Source: an uncultured Gammaproteobacteria bacterium
GTDB lineage: Bacteria; Patescibacteriota; Microgenomatia; Curtissbacterales; GWA2-41-24
Length of the DNA: 64,000 nt
Assembly (NCBI GenBank): GCA_964492425.1
Contig: CAZBKB010000003.1
Coordinates: 6,682-70,681 of the forward strand
Reading direction: 5' to 3'
Shown: in pieces, positions 18,826 to 29,464 of the stretch
How the letters are laid out: the number at the start of each line of letters is the position of its first letter
Numbering within the stretch: the stretch's first letter is position 1
Translations under genes and position numbers: made by a program
The notes under the pieces: generated by a model
Seen by the model: the letters and a program-made list of their open reading frames with translations, nothing else
What the model was told of the DNA's origin: nothing
Databases searched by the model: none

Positions 18826-19572
18826 ATGTTAGACGTAGCAATTCAAGCAGCAAAAGCCGGTGGACAAGTAGCCTACTCATACTTCAAAAACATCCCAAAA
18901 GTGTCTTACAAGGCCGATCACAGCCCCTTTACCAAAGCAGACATTGAAGCTGAAAAGGCTATGAGAAAAATAATCACCAAGAACTTTCCTGACCACGAGA
19001 TAATAGGAGAAGAATCCGGCTCAAACCGCAAAAAAAACACGTATCACTGGGTAATCGATCCAATAGACGGAACAAGATCGTTTATAAGGGACATTCCTCA
19101 ATGGTGTGTTTTAGTATCAGTAATGAAAGATAACAAGCCTATAATTGGAGTCTCTTATTACCCTAACCAAAATGATTTGTTCACTGCCCAAAAAGGTAAG
19201 GGTACTTTTTTCAATGGTAAAAGAACAAGGGTCTCAAAGATTAAAAATCTCGAAGAAGCATCTATTTCTTACTACAATGTCAAACACTTTGCGCGTCTTA
19301 AAAAAACCCAAAATCTCGTCAAACTGTGTCAAAAATCTTTCTATACGATGAGCTACTCTCCTTTCGGCATAAATTACCTGCTGCAAGGAAAAATCGATGC
19401 GTACATCTGCGCTCATGGTCTGATTTGGGACTTTGCGGCACCATCAATTTTAACTACAGAAGCAGGCGGCAAATTCTCTGACTTCGCAGGGAGAAATTCT
19501 CTGACGTCTGACGTCGCAGTTTTCTCAAACGGTGCCATTCACAATCAAATACTAAAAATACTCAATACTTGA
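18826..19572 (+). CDS. Inositol monophosphatase family protein
   Basis: GEES, WVIDPIDGT, WDFAA motifs. Confidence 0.93.
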   Translation: MLDVAIQAAKAGGQVAYSYFKNIPKVSYKADHSPFTKADIEAEKAMRKIITKNFPDHEIIGEESGSNRKKNTYHWVIDPIDGTRSFIRDIPQWCVLVSVMKDNKPIIGVSYYPNQNDLFTAQKGKGTFFNGKRTRVSKIKNLEEASISYYNVKHFARLKKTQNLVKLCQKSFYTMSYSPFGINYLLQGKIDAYICAHGLIWDFAAPSILTTEAGGKFSDFAGRNSLTSDVAVFSNGAIHNQILKILNT

Positions 19573-19622
19573 TAACCCATATCTCATAGCAAACAAGCCG
19601 CCACATTAATCCCCGATCTATC

Positions 19623-19700
19623 CAAAAACACGCCTAAAGCCAGGCTTTAAAGTTAAGAATGCAAAAACACGCCTAAAGCCAGGCTTTAAAGCTAAGAATG
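19623..19700. repeat. 39-bp tandem duplication (1 mismatch), each unit containing the palindrome TAAAGCC-A-GGCTTTA
   Basis: Units at 19623-19661 and 19662-19700. Confidence 0.9.
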
Positions 19701-19753
19701 GCAAGATAGAACAAAATTGAAGCTAAAGTAACTGTCAGTGATTTGTAAGTCCC

Positions 19754-21142
19754 TTAGTGTACTTTCCCCCACTCCAGGTTCACACCCTCAACTTTATACT
19801 TTTCCAGCGCCTCTTCCACCACTTTTTCAATCTCATTAAGTCTAGCCTCAGTACTGGCCTCAGCCCGCAGTGTCAGCTGTGGTTGCGTGTTAGAAGCCCG
19901 AATTACTGCCCAACCATCGTCCCACTCAAGCCTTATCCCATCGATTGTTAAAAATTCATAACCTTTTTCGGAAAAATATCCCTTCAGCTCCTCAACCATT
20001 TCGAATTTTCTATTATCTGGCGCAAATATTCGCGTGGTCGGAGCAGATACATATTTGGGCAACGTTTGAACAAGCTCAGCCAAAGTTTTCTCCTCCAAGC
20101 TCAAGTATTCTAAAAGCCTACACGCCGCATAAATAGCATCGTCAAACCCATACCACCTGTCCTCAAAAAATATATGCCCGGAAGTTTCCCCTGCCAGTTC
20201 CGCACGATCATTTCTCAAAGCCTCCTCTATATAAGAATGACCAACTCGAATCAGCTTAGCCTTACCTCCATGCTTTTCAACATCATCAGTCGCACTCTTG
20301 CTGCACTGAAGCTCAAAAAGAATAAGCCCCCCAAGTTTATCCTCAAGAACCTTTCGCGCACACAAAGCTGTAATCTGGTCTCCCCAAATAATATTTCCTA
20401 AGTTATCGACTACCCCTAGCCTGTCCGCATCGCCGTCAAACAAAAGCCCACAATCGTACTTGCCAGCTTTAACCTTTTCAATCACATATGGATAAGCTTT
20501 CGGGTCCTGAGGATCTGGCGGGTGGTTTGGCTGGGCAAAATCTATGTCACAAAAAAGCTCTTCGACATCTGCTCCGACAGCGCGAATCACCTCCGGCACA
20601 TACGGCCCGCCGGTCGAGTTACCACAATCGACAATTACCCGAATCTTCTTGGCAAGTTTAACTTTCGAGACTATATCAGCCTTATATTCTTCAAATATTT
20701 TCTTATCAGAAACCTGACCCTCCCCAGACTCAAAGTCTTCAGCAATCATCAATCTCATGATCTTTTGGATCTCTTCCCCAAACAGCGCCCCCCCTCCAGA
20801 AGCCGGTTTAAACCCATTAAACTCCGGCGGATTATGCGAAGCGGTAATATTCATTCCACCGTCAATCTTGTAAAACTTCCTGGCCCAGTACATCATGGGC
20901 GAAGTTACCAGGCCTATTTTGACAACATTGATTCCCGTGAACAAAAGTCCCTCGATGCAGGCACTGTAGTATCCTTCTGAACTCTCTCTCGCATCGTAAC
21001 CAATCAATGCTTCCTTCGTCCCTTTTCGCAACAGATATGTCCCGAAAGCCTTGCCTATACACGCGGCAAATTCCTCGCTTAAATCATCGCCGACAATCCC
21101 ACGAATATCATAGTCACGAAATATCGACTCATTAACCTTCAC
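19754..21142 (-). CDS. Phosphomannomutase/phosphoglucomutase (AlgC-like)
   Basis: IFRDYDIRG, TASHNP, FDGDADR, GETSGH, RASNT. Confidence 0.95.
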   Translation of the reverse strand: MKVNESIFRDYDIRGIVGDDLSEEFAACIGKAFGTYLLRKGTKEALIGYDARESSEGYYSACIEGLLFTGINVVKIGLVTSPMMYWARKFYKIDGGMNITASHNPPEFNGFKPASGGGALFGEEIQKIMRLMIAEDFESGEGQVSDKKIFEEYKADIVSKVKLAKKIRVIVDCGNSTGGPYVPEVIRAVGADVEELFCDIDFAQPNHPPDPQDPKAYPYVIEKVKAGKYDCGLLFDGDADRLGVVDNLGNIIWGDQITALCARKVLEDKLGGLILFELQCSKSATDDVEKHGGKAKLIRVGHSYIEEALRNDRAELAGETSGHIFFEDRWYGFDDAIYAACRLLEYLSLEEKTLAELVQTLPKYVSAPTTRIFAPDNRKFEMVEELKGYFSEKGYEFLTIDGIRLEWDDGWAVIRASNTQPQLTLRAEASTEARLNEIEKVVEEALEKYKVEGVNLEWGKVH

Positions 21143-21176
21143 AGCTTAGTTTAAAGTAAGTTCCTAAAGTTTAACA

Positions 21177-22055
21177 TCATTTTGGTATCTCCTGCCTCAG
21201 CGTTTCCGCCGCATCTACCGGGTCAACAATATTCACCTGTATTCCCGTTCCAAGCTCAAATCCCGCCCTATGAACCAGCCTTGGAATAATCCTGAGATAC
21301 CAGTCTTTCCCATGATGAATATAGAAGTTATATGCCGGGCCATCCTTAAACGGGATCATGGGCATTCCCGGATGGACATGTTTTCCACCCACAAGATGAT
21401 AAAGCAGTCTATTCAAAGTATCCTTAAGAATAAAGGCCAGCTCATGTATCTCGTAATCTGTTATTTCACCAAAAAACTTACCCTTGCTTTTTGGCGCAAT
21501 CCAGACTTCAAACGGCCACTGCGAAAAATCCGGGCAAAAAACGGTAAAATACTTATTATCCCCAACCACATTCACAATAGGCTCAAGTTCTAGAGTATCA
21601 ATATTAATCTGCTTAGGCACTACAACCAGCTGGGAATGAGGATGACGTATAGAAGCCCCGGCTGCCTCTCCAACGTTGTTAAAAATAATCACATGCCCTC
21701 GAGTTGAGTTTGTCACAAAACGATGCCGATAAGCGGCAATAATAAGCTCTATCTGGGGCACAGGTAAGGTGTCAATGTCATCTTTATCATCCACAGAATG
21801 AATAATTACCTCGTGATAGTCCGTAATAGGGTATTTGTTCTTAATTACCCTAACCTTCCAGCCCCTTTCGTATGGTTTGCCTTCACCTATCCTATAAATC
21901 TCCTCACCAGGAATACGCTCAAAACCAGGGCAAAAGACACAAATCTTGTTAATGTTTGCTGCCTCGGCAAGTTTGGTGTCTGTCGGCCTTTTTGTACGGC
22001 CTTCAGCCACAATTACCCATCTGTCGGTAGTTATATCCGGAACATACTTAGCCAT
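21177..22055 (-). CDS. galT: Galactose-1-phosphate uridylyltransferase family (HIT-like)
   Basis: CVFCPG, NKYP, HEVII, GASIRHPHSQ, AGFELGTG. Confidence 0.85.
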   Translation of the reverse strand: MAKYVPDITTDRWVIVAEGRTKRPTDTKLAEAANINKICVFCPGFERIPGEEIYRIGEGKPYERGWKVRVIKNKYPITDYHEVIIHSVDDKDDIDTLPVPQIELIIAAYRHRFVTNSTRGHVIIFNNVGEAAGASIRHPHSQLVVVPKQINIDTLELEPIVNVVGDNKYFTVFCPDFSQWPFEVWIAPKSKGKFFGEITDYEIHELAFILKDTLNRLLYHLVGGKHVHPGMPMIPFKDGPAYNFYIHHGKDWYLRIIPRLVHRAGFELGTGIQVNIVDPVDAAETLRQEIPK

Positions 22056-22062
22056 AAAATTG

Positions 22063-22262
22063 GTTTATAGTTTATAGTTTATAGTTTATAGTTGACATAA
22101 GCAATAATCTCAGAATTCAAAGATTAAAAACTATGAGACTTTCCATAAAAGATCAGTAAGTCAATCTAAAATACAATATCGAACACAACTTTTAACCTAT
22201 TAGAAATCAACATAATCATATCTGAAAATTTAAAATTGAAAATTTAAAATTGAAAATTTAAA
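22063..22262. repeat. Intergenic heptamer tandem repeats
   Basis: (GTTTATA)x4 at 22063-22090; (G/T)AAAATT x5 at 22224-22258. Confidence 0.85.
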
Positions 22263-22301
22263 GAATGCTATAAGTCAGCATTTTTAAGACTATAGTAAGA
22301 A

Positions 22302-23096
22302 CTAGAAGACAATTCTATAATTTTTGTAAATTTTTGTCGGAAAACTTTTTTTGTAAAATTTGCCAAAAAACCAAAATTGAAAAACCGGCAAAACCCTCAT
22401 CCGCCAAATTCTCACCGGGTCAAGTATTAGTCGCCATAACCATTCAAGTCCCATTTTCTGCAAAAACACCGGCGCTCTCTTTTTTTTCCCGGCAATATAA
22501 TCAAAGGCTCCACCGACACCGATATATAGGCCTACATCCAATTTATCCCTCATTTTTTCAATCCAAAACTCTTGTTTTCCCATCCCAAATGCAACAAACA
22601 GGACATCTATCCTCCCAATCGCCTCTAACTCAGACTTTAGCTTCAAGTTTCGACCTATAGTTGATTCTCCAGGCTTTGCGTACACAACATTCATGCGTGA
22701 GTACTTTACAAGCTGGCGCTTTGCGACCAAAGCTGCCACATCACCAAAACCGCCCATATAGCCTATTCTAATAGGCTTATCATTTGCTATTTTACTAACC
22801 ATTTCTACTAATTCCACACCTGTAATCCTGTCTTGAGAACTACCCCCGCAAATTAGCTTCGATTTAGCTACCCACCAACCATCAGCAACAGAAACGTCGG
22901 AATTTGCCAATATTTGGGCAAATTTACGATTCCTATGGGCCATCATTATAAACTCGCTGTTTATAGTAACTAAATAATGACCGCATCCGGCTGCTTTTGC
23001 CAATCTCAATATCTCACGCTCCACTTCTCTTTTACCAAGATCATCTACACCAACTCCGAATACGTTAATACGACTAAAATTACTCCTTTTTTCCAT
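22302..23096 (-). CDS. WecB/TagA/CpsF family glycosyltransferase
   Basis: TIN.E, ADG, RITGVEL, G.GKQE, GVGGAFD, RAP..Q..GLEWLWRL. Confidence 0.93.
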   Translation of the reverse strand: MEKRSNFSRINVFGVGVDDLGKREVEREILRLAKAAGCGHYLVTINSEFIMMAHRNRKFAQILANSDVSVADGWWVAKSKLICGGSSQDRITGVELVEMVSKIANDKPIRIGYMGGFGDVAALVAKRQLVKYSRMNVVYAKPGESTIGRNLKLKSELEAIGRIDVLFVAFGMGKQEFWIEKMRDKLDVGLYIGVGGAFDYIAGKKKRAPVFLQKMGLEWLWRLILDPVRIWRMRVLPVFQFWFFGKFYKKSFPTKIYKNYRIVF

Positions 23097-23847
23097 GATG
23101 TCTTGACTGTTCTTGTTAAACTAAAGCCTTTAAAATCGTTTTTATCGCCTCGCAATATTCAAGGCCAAAAACAAAATTATGTACACTTTAATTCTAACTC
23201 ATATAAAGCCCCATGCCTAGTAATGCAATTATTGAACCTGATACATAAGATACTTGATATATAAATATAACTATATTATATAGAAATATATAATATGATA
23301 TAAGAAACACAAAAGTTGGTGGTCATTCCATATTTTGCCAAGATGCCAGCCTCATAAATTTCCTCAGGCATGAAAACATATTACATCCTCAAAAAACATT
23401 ACGCGATTTAAGCAAAATCACGAATCTTTTGCCTTCCAGCCTGAATAAATTATTTGTGATTAACACCGGGTTATAAAAAATAGAGAAATTCAGGCAAAAT
23501 AAAAAAATATAATCGCCTCCCAAAACTTTCCCATTTTCTTCTCTTTTCTCCAAAAAAAACGCAAAACAATCACAAAAATTCACTGCTCACCAAAAAATCA
23601 ATTATTAAATTGCATTATCCTACCCCAACAACCTAAACATAAAGATTAACCGGCCTGGCATTTAACCGTCCCAATTGCTACAAAAAATTTAGCTTTGCAA
23701 AAATGTTCACAGTAAAAAATACTTAAGAAAACAGTAGATTTCACCAAAAAATTACCAGCAAAACCAATAAAATTTTCGGCAACCACGAAACTTTACTTTT
23801 GATAACCTATATAGACACAAAGTGGATCAGACAAATACAATATTTAT

Positions 23848-24876
23848 TTATCTTCTCTGCAGAATTTTTCGCCAATTATCAATGTTTTCCAAAGCAACCC
23901 CGGTACCATACACCACACACTGAACAGGATCTTCTGCAAGATGCACACTCACACCTATCTGGTTGCTGACATACTTATCCAAACCTTTAAGCTGTGAAGT
24001 GCCCCCGCAGAGCACAATCCCCCTGTCGATAATATCCGAGGCCAGCTCCGGTGGAGTTTGTTCAAGAACTGCCTTTATACAGGCAATAATGGCCCCTAGA
24101 ACCGGATTTATTGCTTCTGTCACCTCTAAAGAATCGACCGTGACTGTCTTGGGCATGCCGGAAATTGCATCCCTCCCTTTTACCGCCATTGTCCTCTTTG
24201 AGGTTGAAGCAATTGCAGAACCTATAGCCAGCTTTACTTCCTCTGCCATCCTATCCCCGATAATCAGATTATGTATCCTTCGGATATAAGCAACAACAGC
24301 CTCGTTTAATTTATCCCCTCCTGCACGTGTTGAACCTGCCGCTACTATTCCGCCCAAAGAAACGACAGCCGCACCCACCTGTCCGCCTCCAATATCAACA
24401 ATCATAGATCCGTATGCAGCGTCAATCTGAACCTTGGCACCAATTGCAGCCGCAAGCGGAGCTTCAATCAAATAAGCAGTCTTAGCCCCGGCAGAAAGTG
24501 TAGCTTCTAAAACAGCCCGCCTTTCTACTTGTGTAATACCATACGGTACGCAAACCATAACCTCCGGTTTGGCAAAACGCGAATAGGCAAGCACCCTGTC
24601 CATAAAATATTTGAGCATGGCCTCACACACCAGATAGTCAGCCACGACACCGTCGCGCAGAGGCCTCTGGGCAATTAGATCGCTGCCGGTTTTCCCGAGC
24701 ATTTCATGGGCACGTGTCCCCACAGCCACTACCTTACCGCTTAGGGAATCGACAGCCACGACAGAGGGTTCCGAAACAACAATGCCCTCCCCACAAGACC
24801 AGACAGAAGAATTAGAAGTACCTAAATCAATACCTAAACGTTTAGAAGAAAATAAAGGAAAACGCATCGGTGGCAT
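23848..24876 (-). CDS. mreB: Rod shape-determining actin homolog MreB/Mbl
   Basis: GIDLGTSN, EPSVVA, RPLRDGV, DIGGG, TPPELASDI, LCGG. Confidence 0.95.
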   Translation of the reverse strand: MPPMRFPLFSSKRLGIDLGTSNSSVWSCGEGIVVSEPSVVAVDSLSGKVVAVGTRAHEMLGKTGSDLIAQRPLRDGVVADYLVCEAMLKYFMDRVLAYSRFAKPEVMVCVPYGITQVERRAVLEATLSAGAKTAYLIEAPLAAAIGAKVQIDAAYGSMIVDIGGGQVGAAVVSLGGIVAAGSTRAGGDKLNEAVVAYIRRIHNLIIGDRMAEEVKLAIGSAIASTSKRTMAVKGRDAISGMPKTVTVDSLEVTEAINPVLGAIIACIKAVLEQTPPELASDIIDRGIVLCGGTSQLKGLDKYVSNQIGVSVHLAEDPVQCVVYGTGVALENIDNWRKILQRR

Positions 24877-25037
24877 TGTAAAACCCCGGCACCTAAAGCC
24901 GTCAAGGGGTAGGTATAAATTTATAGACGCAAATAGGCACTAAAGATATCAAACACGAATTGATAATTTTCAATTCGAAATTCGAAATGAAAATTTAAAA
25001 TTATAAATTAAAAATTTACCAGTTGCCTCCGGCCCCC

Positions 25038-28000
25038 CTACGGCGAGGCCTCTTGCCAGCCAACCGAAGAACTGGCCAGAAGCGTGTTCAAAAGGATTAT
25101 ATATTTGGGATCAAATTTGAAAACATCCGAAGGATATAGTGTATTTACAACTGGATCACTGTAATATCTCAGCAAATTAGCCTTCGTTCCTTCTTCGCCA
25201 TCAACATATAAACTGCCATTTACAGTTAATGCATTTGCAGCTGAGTTAAATATGTGATTTTCTCCTCCAAATTCGACATCCGTATCGGCAAATCCTTTTC
25301 TTGCAACATATATGCCATCAAGCCTATTTACCATTCCAGCAGTGTACAACCTGTTAACAGTAATATTGCCCCCAACCACAAAAACAGCCGCATTATCCCC
25401 GGAAGTTACGGTAACGTTGGACCTAACCCTTAAATTACCATCGACAAAAAACACCGCTTTGCCGCCTATTGTCACACCCCCGTCCACAACTTCGGCATCC
25501 CCACCGCAATAATACAGCCCGTTGTACGTGTTGTTACTAATAGTGCAAGCCGTCAACCCGCCGGCAATTGCTTTACTTCTGAACCTGGAAGCAAAGTAAT
25601 TGTATACCCCGCCGCCGGGAACCAGGGGCTTGATGTAATTTGTAAACCTAATCCCTCCTCCAGGATAACAAAAACCAACAGTTGGGAAGCCGCCAAACGA
25701 TGAATAACCCGAACCACCGTTGGTAACCGTTACCGAACTGATTGCACCCCCCGAAACCGTAGCTTCCGCCGTAGCACCGCTTCCGGAACCTCCGTATAAC
25801 AAAACTGTTGTGCCGTTTGAATAACCGGCGCCTCCACTCGTGACATTAACGGCCGTAACCGCACCAGAACTGATAGTGACCGTAGCAACCGCAGCAGTCA
25901 CAATGGCCTTGCCTTTAATTTTTGCACCTATGCTACCTCCTGCAATCACATAATCCGATTGGTACTTCCCAAAGCATGACCTATCCACATCCGCAGAAAT
26001 AATTCCCGCAGCCCCTACATCCCCACCCTGCGTTTCAAAAAATTTCGGGACACCCACGCTATATAGAAATCTGGGCCCACCGCTAAAACGCGAATTATTG
26101 TTTACCCAATTGTACTCGCTTAGACCCCCACCTACCATACAGGTTGGCATCACATACGCAACTCCTTCAAAAGTACCCGGTGTGGACCCAACAATAAATG
26201 TTACAGTCTTGGTAACTGACCCGCCCAATGGGATCGAAGAAGTAATAGGATAACCGCGTTGGTTACCCGCTCCGTCTAGCGGGGCAGGATAAAAATCAGC
26301 GGTCCCCGGGGGGCTTGGACAAGTTGGCACACCTGAGTTTTGGTAGTAAAAAAAGAGGTCGGTACCATTCGTAGTAAGTTGTGAACTTTTTATATTTTCA
26401 ACTTTGAAATCCACATCAACACTTTCTCCGGCGACAAACGCAGTTGTATGCTCCTGGGTCGCACTCTTCCTGGAACTTCCCGCAACCATGCTAACCTTCA
26501 AATCGTAACCTTCTTTACAAATAGGTATCCAAAAGGGCAAACCGCTATAGTTAAGCGTTGAGCTGGCAGTACCATCCGGGTACACATAACTGCTTTGACC
26601 GGCTGCCCCCATCGCTTTAACCCTCCAGTAATATCTGGTCTCTTCAATAGGCACACGCTCACTTCCCGCCGGAGTAACACCCGGGTTTGCGTTGGCCCAG
26701 CCAAGAGGGCTGGCCGCACTCCAGGTAAATGTGACAGTACCCCCGGACCCCGGGTTCGCCGGCAAAGATTTCACTCCCCACATGTTCGAAGGATTTGTGG
26801 TGGCAGGGCCGGTAAACGGCTCCCTGGAAACTTCCAGGGTATAACCGGTTTCACTGCTGGAATTATCCATAAACTTTAAATCTATCGATGGTAAATACTG
26901 AGAATTACAACCTACACGGTAAGCGGGCAAGACTGGTGGAGTCGCCTCCGCCAGCAAATTATTCGGCGCATTCGGCACAGGACCGCAAGTCACATCCACA
27001 ATTGTAATAGTGTTTGAATCAATGTCACTAGTGGATGTCAGAATTTTCCAAGTATGCGTGCCAGTGCCATCTAGGCTTGGATTATAATCGTTGCCTTGGG
27101 TAGAAACTATGAAATATGCATTACTTGTGTAAGAATAATCGGCGGAAAACTGATAGTCACTAAACCCATCATATCGAACGGTATAAACATAATTCCCGCC
27201 GTTCCAGTACAAAAATCGCTTTGATACTCCCTCGTCACAATAACTGAAGCCGTGAAGATCAGTCGGATCAGCGGGATCTTCTAAATGATAAGTACACTTG
27301 TAAATACCTTCAGACTCTTCAGCCACAGATGGATACCAAACATTGTTGGTCATCCGCGTATTTATTCGCCAATAGTAATGGGTTGTGGCAGTAAAGCTAA
27401 CGTTTGTTCCCTGGTAAATCCCGTCGGCACCGTTTTGGCCCTCAAGCACCATGCCAGTAGTGATATTCGTATCCGGCGGAAACGCAGGGTTAGTCGAATA
27501 TTCAAGCTTTTCCTCTTGGATCAAACTATTCGGAGTCGCTCTGCTCCATCGAAATTGCATATTATTTGGGACAGCATTATACCCTCCCCACGCGCAGAAC
27601 GTTAAATCAAGCGCTGACGCGGGCACATTTGCCGGGCATGAACTGGGCGTTGTAAAAGTATTGGTGGTCGAATAATTCACCTCGCCGGTTCCCATTTGAA
27701 AAGCCTGAACGCGCCACCAGTACTGTGTACCGGCGGCAAACGCGTCGACATTCATATACGTATTGGTAAGAGGACTTGGAGTAAAAATTACACCCGGCCA
27801 CGGCCCGGATGCACTTGTAGAATTTGTTTCCACACGATACTCAGAAATTCCGGGCGCAGCCGGATTCCAGGAAAATTCTACTCTAAACGCCAGCGGTGAA
27901 GGGCTAATGCAATTAATATTGGCACCAGGGCTTGAGGGCGGTGTAAAAGTTCCCGGACAGGTAAATTGCCCGTCGGCAAACACTGAATTATTGTCCGGCG

Positions 28001-28625
28001 AATTCGTAAATGCCTTGACCCGCAAGGTCCAGGTGCCATTGGCCAGTGAATTTAAAGCATTCGGCAAACTGGTATTTGGCAAACTATAACTATTGGTGCC
28101 CGAAACATAATTAACCGTTAGTGGACTGCCATCGCTGTCCGGAGTCCCGCTAAGCGACTTATAAACCTTAAAGTAAGCAATGTTGGCACCACCGTAGCCG
28201 GAGGTCACATTCCAGTATATTTGCCCGTTACTATTATTACAATTGGTTGAAGTTACTGTTATTGTGCTATTCGGCGTCGTACAGTGTACATTCTGCTCAG
28301 CAAATGTGTAGGCGCCTCCTGTGCCCCCGGTCGAGGACGAACCCAAATTACAGGCTGTAAACCAGGTGACAAATGGAAAATCCCCTGAAGTAATTGATTG
28401 CGGAGTCAGGTATTGCCTGGCACCAGCTGCAACTACTTGCGAAGAAATAGTACCTGCTGAGCCGCCGCTTTCGTTTTTAACACTAAAGCTTACGGTTACC
28501 GCAGTGCTCCCTGCCCTGTTGTCTAACCATCCCTCAATTGTCGCCGCAAAAGTATCGGCTGCAAAAACACTCTTTATGGCAAATATCAGAAAAAATACAG
28601 TCGCCAGTTTAAAAAAAGTTCTCAT
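25038..28625 (-). CDS. Large secreted modular surface protein (Fn3-like and CARDB-like repeats; C-terminal domain ending W-x-E)
   Basis: Signal peptide; repeated YxWRV motifs; C-terminal part paralogous to 29443-32400. Confidence 0.75.
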   Translation of the reverse strand: MRTFFKLATVFFLIFAIKSVFAADTFAATIEGWLDNRAGSTAVTVSFSVKNESGGSAGTISSQVVAAGARQYLTPQSITSGDFPFVTWFTACNLGSSSTGGTGGAYTFAEQNVHCTTPNSTITVTSTNCNNSNGQIYWNVTSGYGGANIAYFKVYKSLSGTPDSDGSPLTVNYVSGTNSYSLPNTSLPNALNSLANGTWTLRVKAFTNSPDNNSVFADGQFTCPGTFTPPSSPGANINCISPSPLAFRVEFSWNPAAPGISEYRVETNSTSASGPWPGVIFTPSPLTNTYMNVDAFAAGTQYWWRVQAFQMGTGEVNYSTTNTFTTPSSCPANVPASALDLTFCAWGGYNAVPNNMQFRWSRATPNSLIQEEKLEYSTNPAFPPDTNITTGMVLEGQNGADGIYQGTNVSFTATTHYYWRINTRMTNNVWYPSVAEESEGIYKCTYHLEDPADPTDLHGFSYCDEGVSKRFLYWNGGNYVYTVRYDGFSDYQFSADYSYTSNAYFIVSTQGNDYNPSLDGTGTHTWKILTSTSDIDSNTITIVDVTCGPVPNAPNNLLAEATPPVLPAYRVGCNSQYLPSIDLKFMDNSSSETGYTLEVSREPFTGPATTNPSNMWGVKSLPANPGSGGTVTFTWSAASPLGWANANPGVTPAGSERVPIEETRYYWRVKAMGAAGQSSYVYPDGTASSTLNYSGLPFWIPICKEGYDLKVSMVAGSSRKSATQEHTTAFVAGESVDVDFKVENIKSSQLTTNGTDLFFYYQNSGVPTCPSPPGTADFYPAPLDGAGNQRGYPITSSIPLGGSVTKTVTFIVGSTPGTFEGVAYVMPTCMVGGGLSEYNWVNNNSRFSGGPRFLYSVGVPKFFETQGGDVGAAGIISADVDRSCFGKYQSDYVIAGGSIGAKIKGKAIVTAAVATVTISSGAVTAVNVTSGGAGYSNGTTVLLYGGSGSGATAEATVSGGAISSVTVTNGGSGYSSFGGFPTVGFCYPGGGIRFTNYIKPLVPGGGVYNYFASRFRSKAIAGGLTACTISNNTYNGLYYCGGDAEVVDGGVTIGGKAVFFVDGNLRVRSNVTVTSGDNAAVFVVGGNITVNRLYTAGMVNRLDGIYVARKGFADTDVEFGGENHIFNSAANALTVNGSLYVDGEEGTKANLLRYYSDPVVNTLYPSDVFKFDPKYIILLNTLLASSSVGWQEASP

Positions 28626-28630
28626 ATTAC

Positions 28631-29464
28631 TTACTCCAAAAGTATTTGCTCGGGAATCTTAGCCCCCAAAGTCGCCAGCAGTTGCTTCAGCTTTAAATAA
28701 TTGCTTTTTATGCCTTCGTCTTGTGTCCTTTCGTATTCGGAATAAAGAGACGACAAAACGTTCATATAGTTGTTTGTCTGGGTTGTCTTGTCCCCCGTCA
28801 CCGCCGCCGCGTCAAAATTGCGCCCAATCGCACCGCGAACCTCATCGTCAACTGCCGTGTTGCCTTCCAGATCTTTTATAATTTCCTCTACCTCCGGCGG
28901 ATATTTAGCCTCGCCGCAAAGTCTATCAATACAGGGAAAATCGTAAAAACCCTTGTCTTTTTCGTATTGAGCCGGATAGTTCTTCTTCATATAATCCTTA
29001 TACTCATCCAGCTGGACCCGGTAATCATAAGAGCTTGTAGAAAGATAAAAACCGCGCAAAAACTCAAAATCGTCCGTCAATAATTTATATCTAATGTCCG
29101 CATCTTTCTCTTCGGAAGCCCTTTGGAAATTTTCCAAAAACTTTTCTTTTAAAAAGTCGCTTGGGAATTTAACATCGTTAACATTCAGAGGATATTCAAA
29201 AGTCTGCTCCTGCCCTTTCGTGTCTTTCGACCGGTTCCTGGCTGATAATGTTGAGTAAACAACCCAGAAACTCACCAAAACCACTACCAGAAGGCATAAC
29301 AGCAGTATCAGCCGGTAATGGTTCGACCCTGGCCAGATTCTAATTCTTTTTGGCTTGAGAACTACCCTGATTCCCCGATCCCAGCTGGGCTTGTCCAATA
29401 ACTCGGCTTCCTTGGCATCTGCAACAAAGGGCAGTTTAGGCACTACGGTTCTACCTCCCTCCAA
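28631..29464 (-). CDS. Hypothetical single-TM protein with helical external domain
   Basis: One TM segment; lies between the two adhesin paralogs; start may be GTG at 29443 overlapping the upstream TAG. Confidence 0.7.
   Translation of the reverse strand: MEGGRTVVPKLPFVADAKEAELLDKPSWDRGIRVVLKPKRIRIWPGSNHYRLILLLCLLVVVLVSFWVVYSTLSARNRSKDTKGQEQTFEYPLNVNDVKFPSDFLKEKFLENFQRASEEKDADIRYKLLTDDFEFLRGFYLSTSSYDYRVQLDEYKDYMKKNYPAQYEKDKGFYDFPCIDRLCGEAKYPPEVEEIIKDLEGNTAVDDEVRGAIGRNFDAAAVTGDKTTQTNNYMNVLSSLYSEYERTQDEGIKSNYLKLKQLLATLGAKIPEQILLE

Noticed and set aside
19623-19700. Possible mini CRISPR array
   Set aside because: Two adjacent 39-bp units with no spacer between them; a simple tandem duplication
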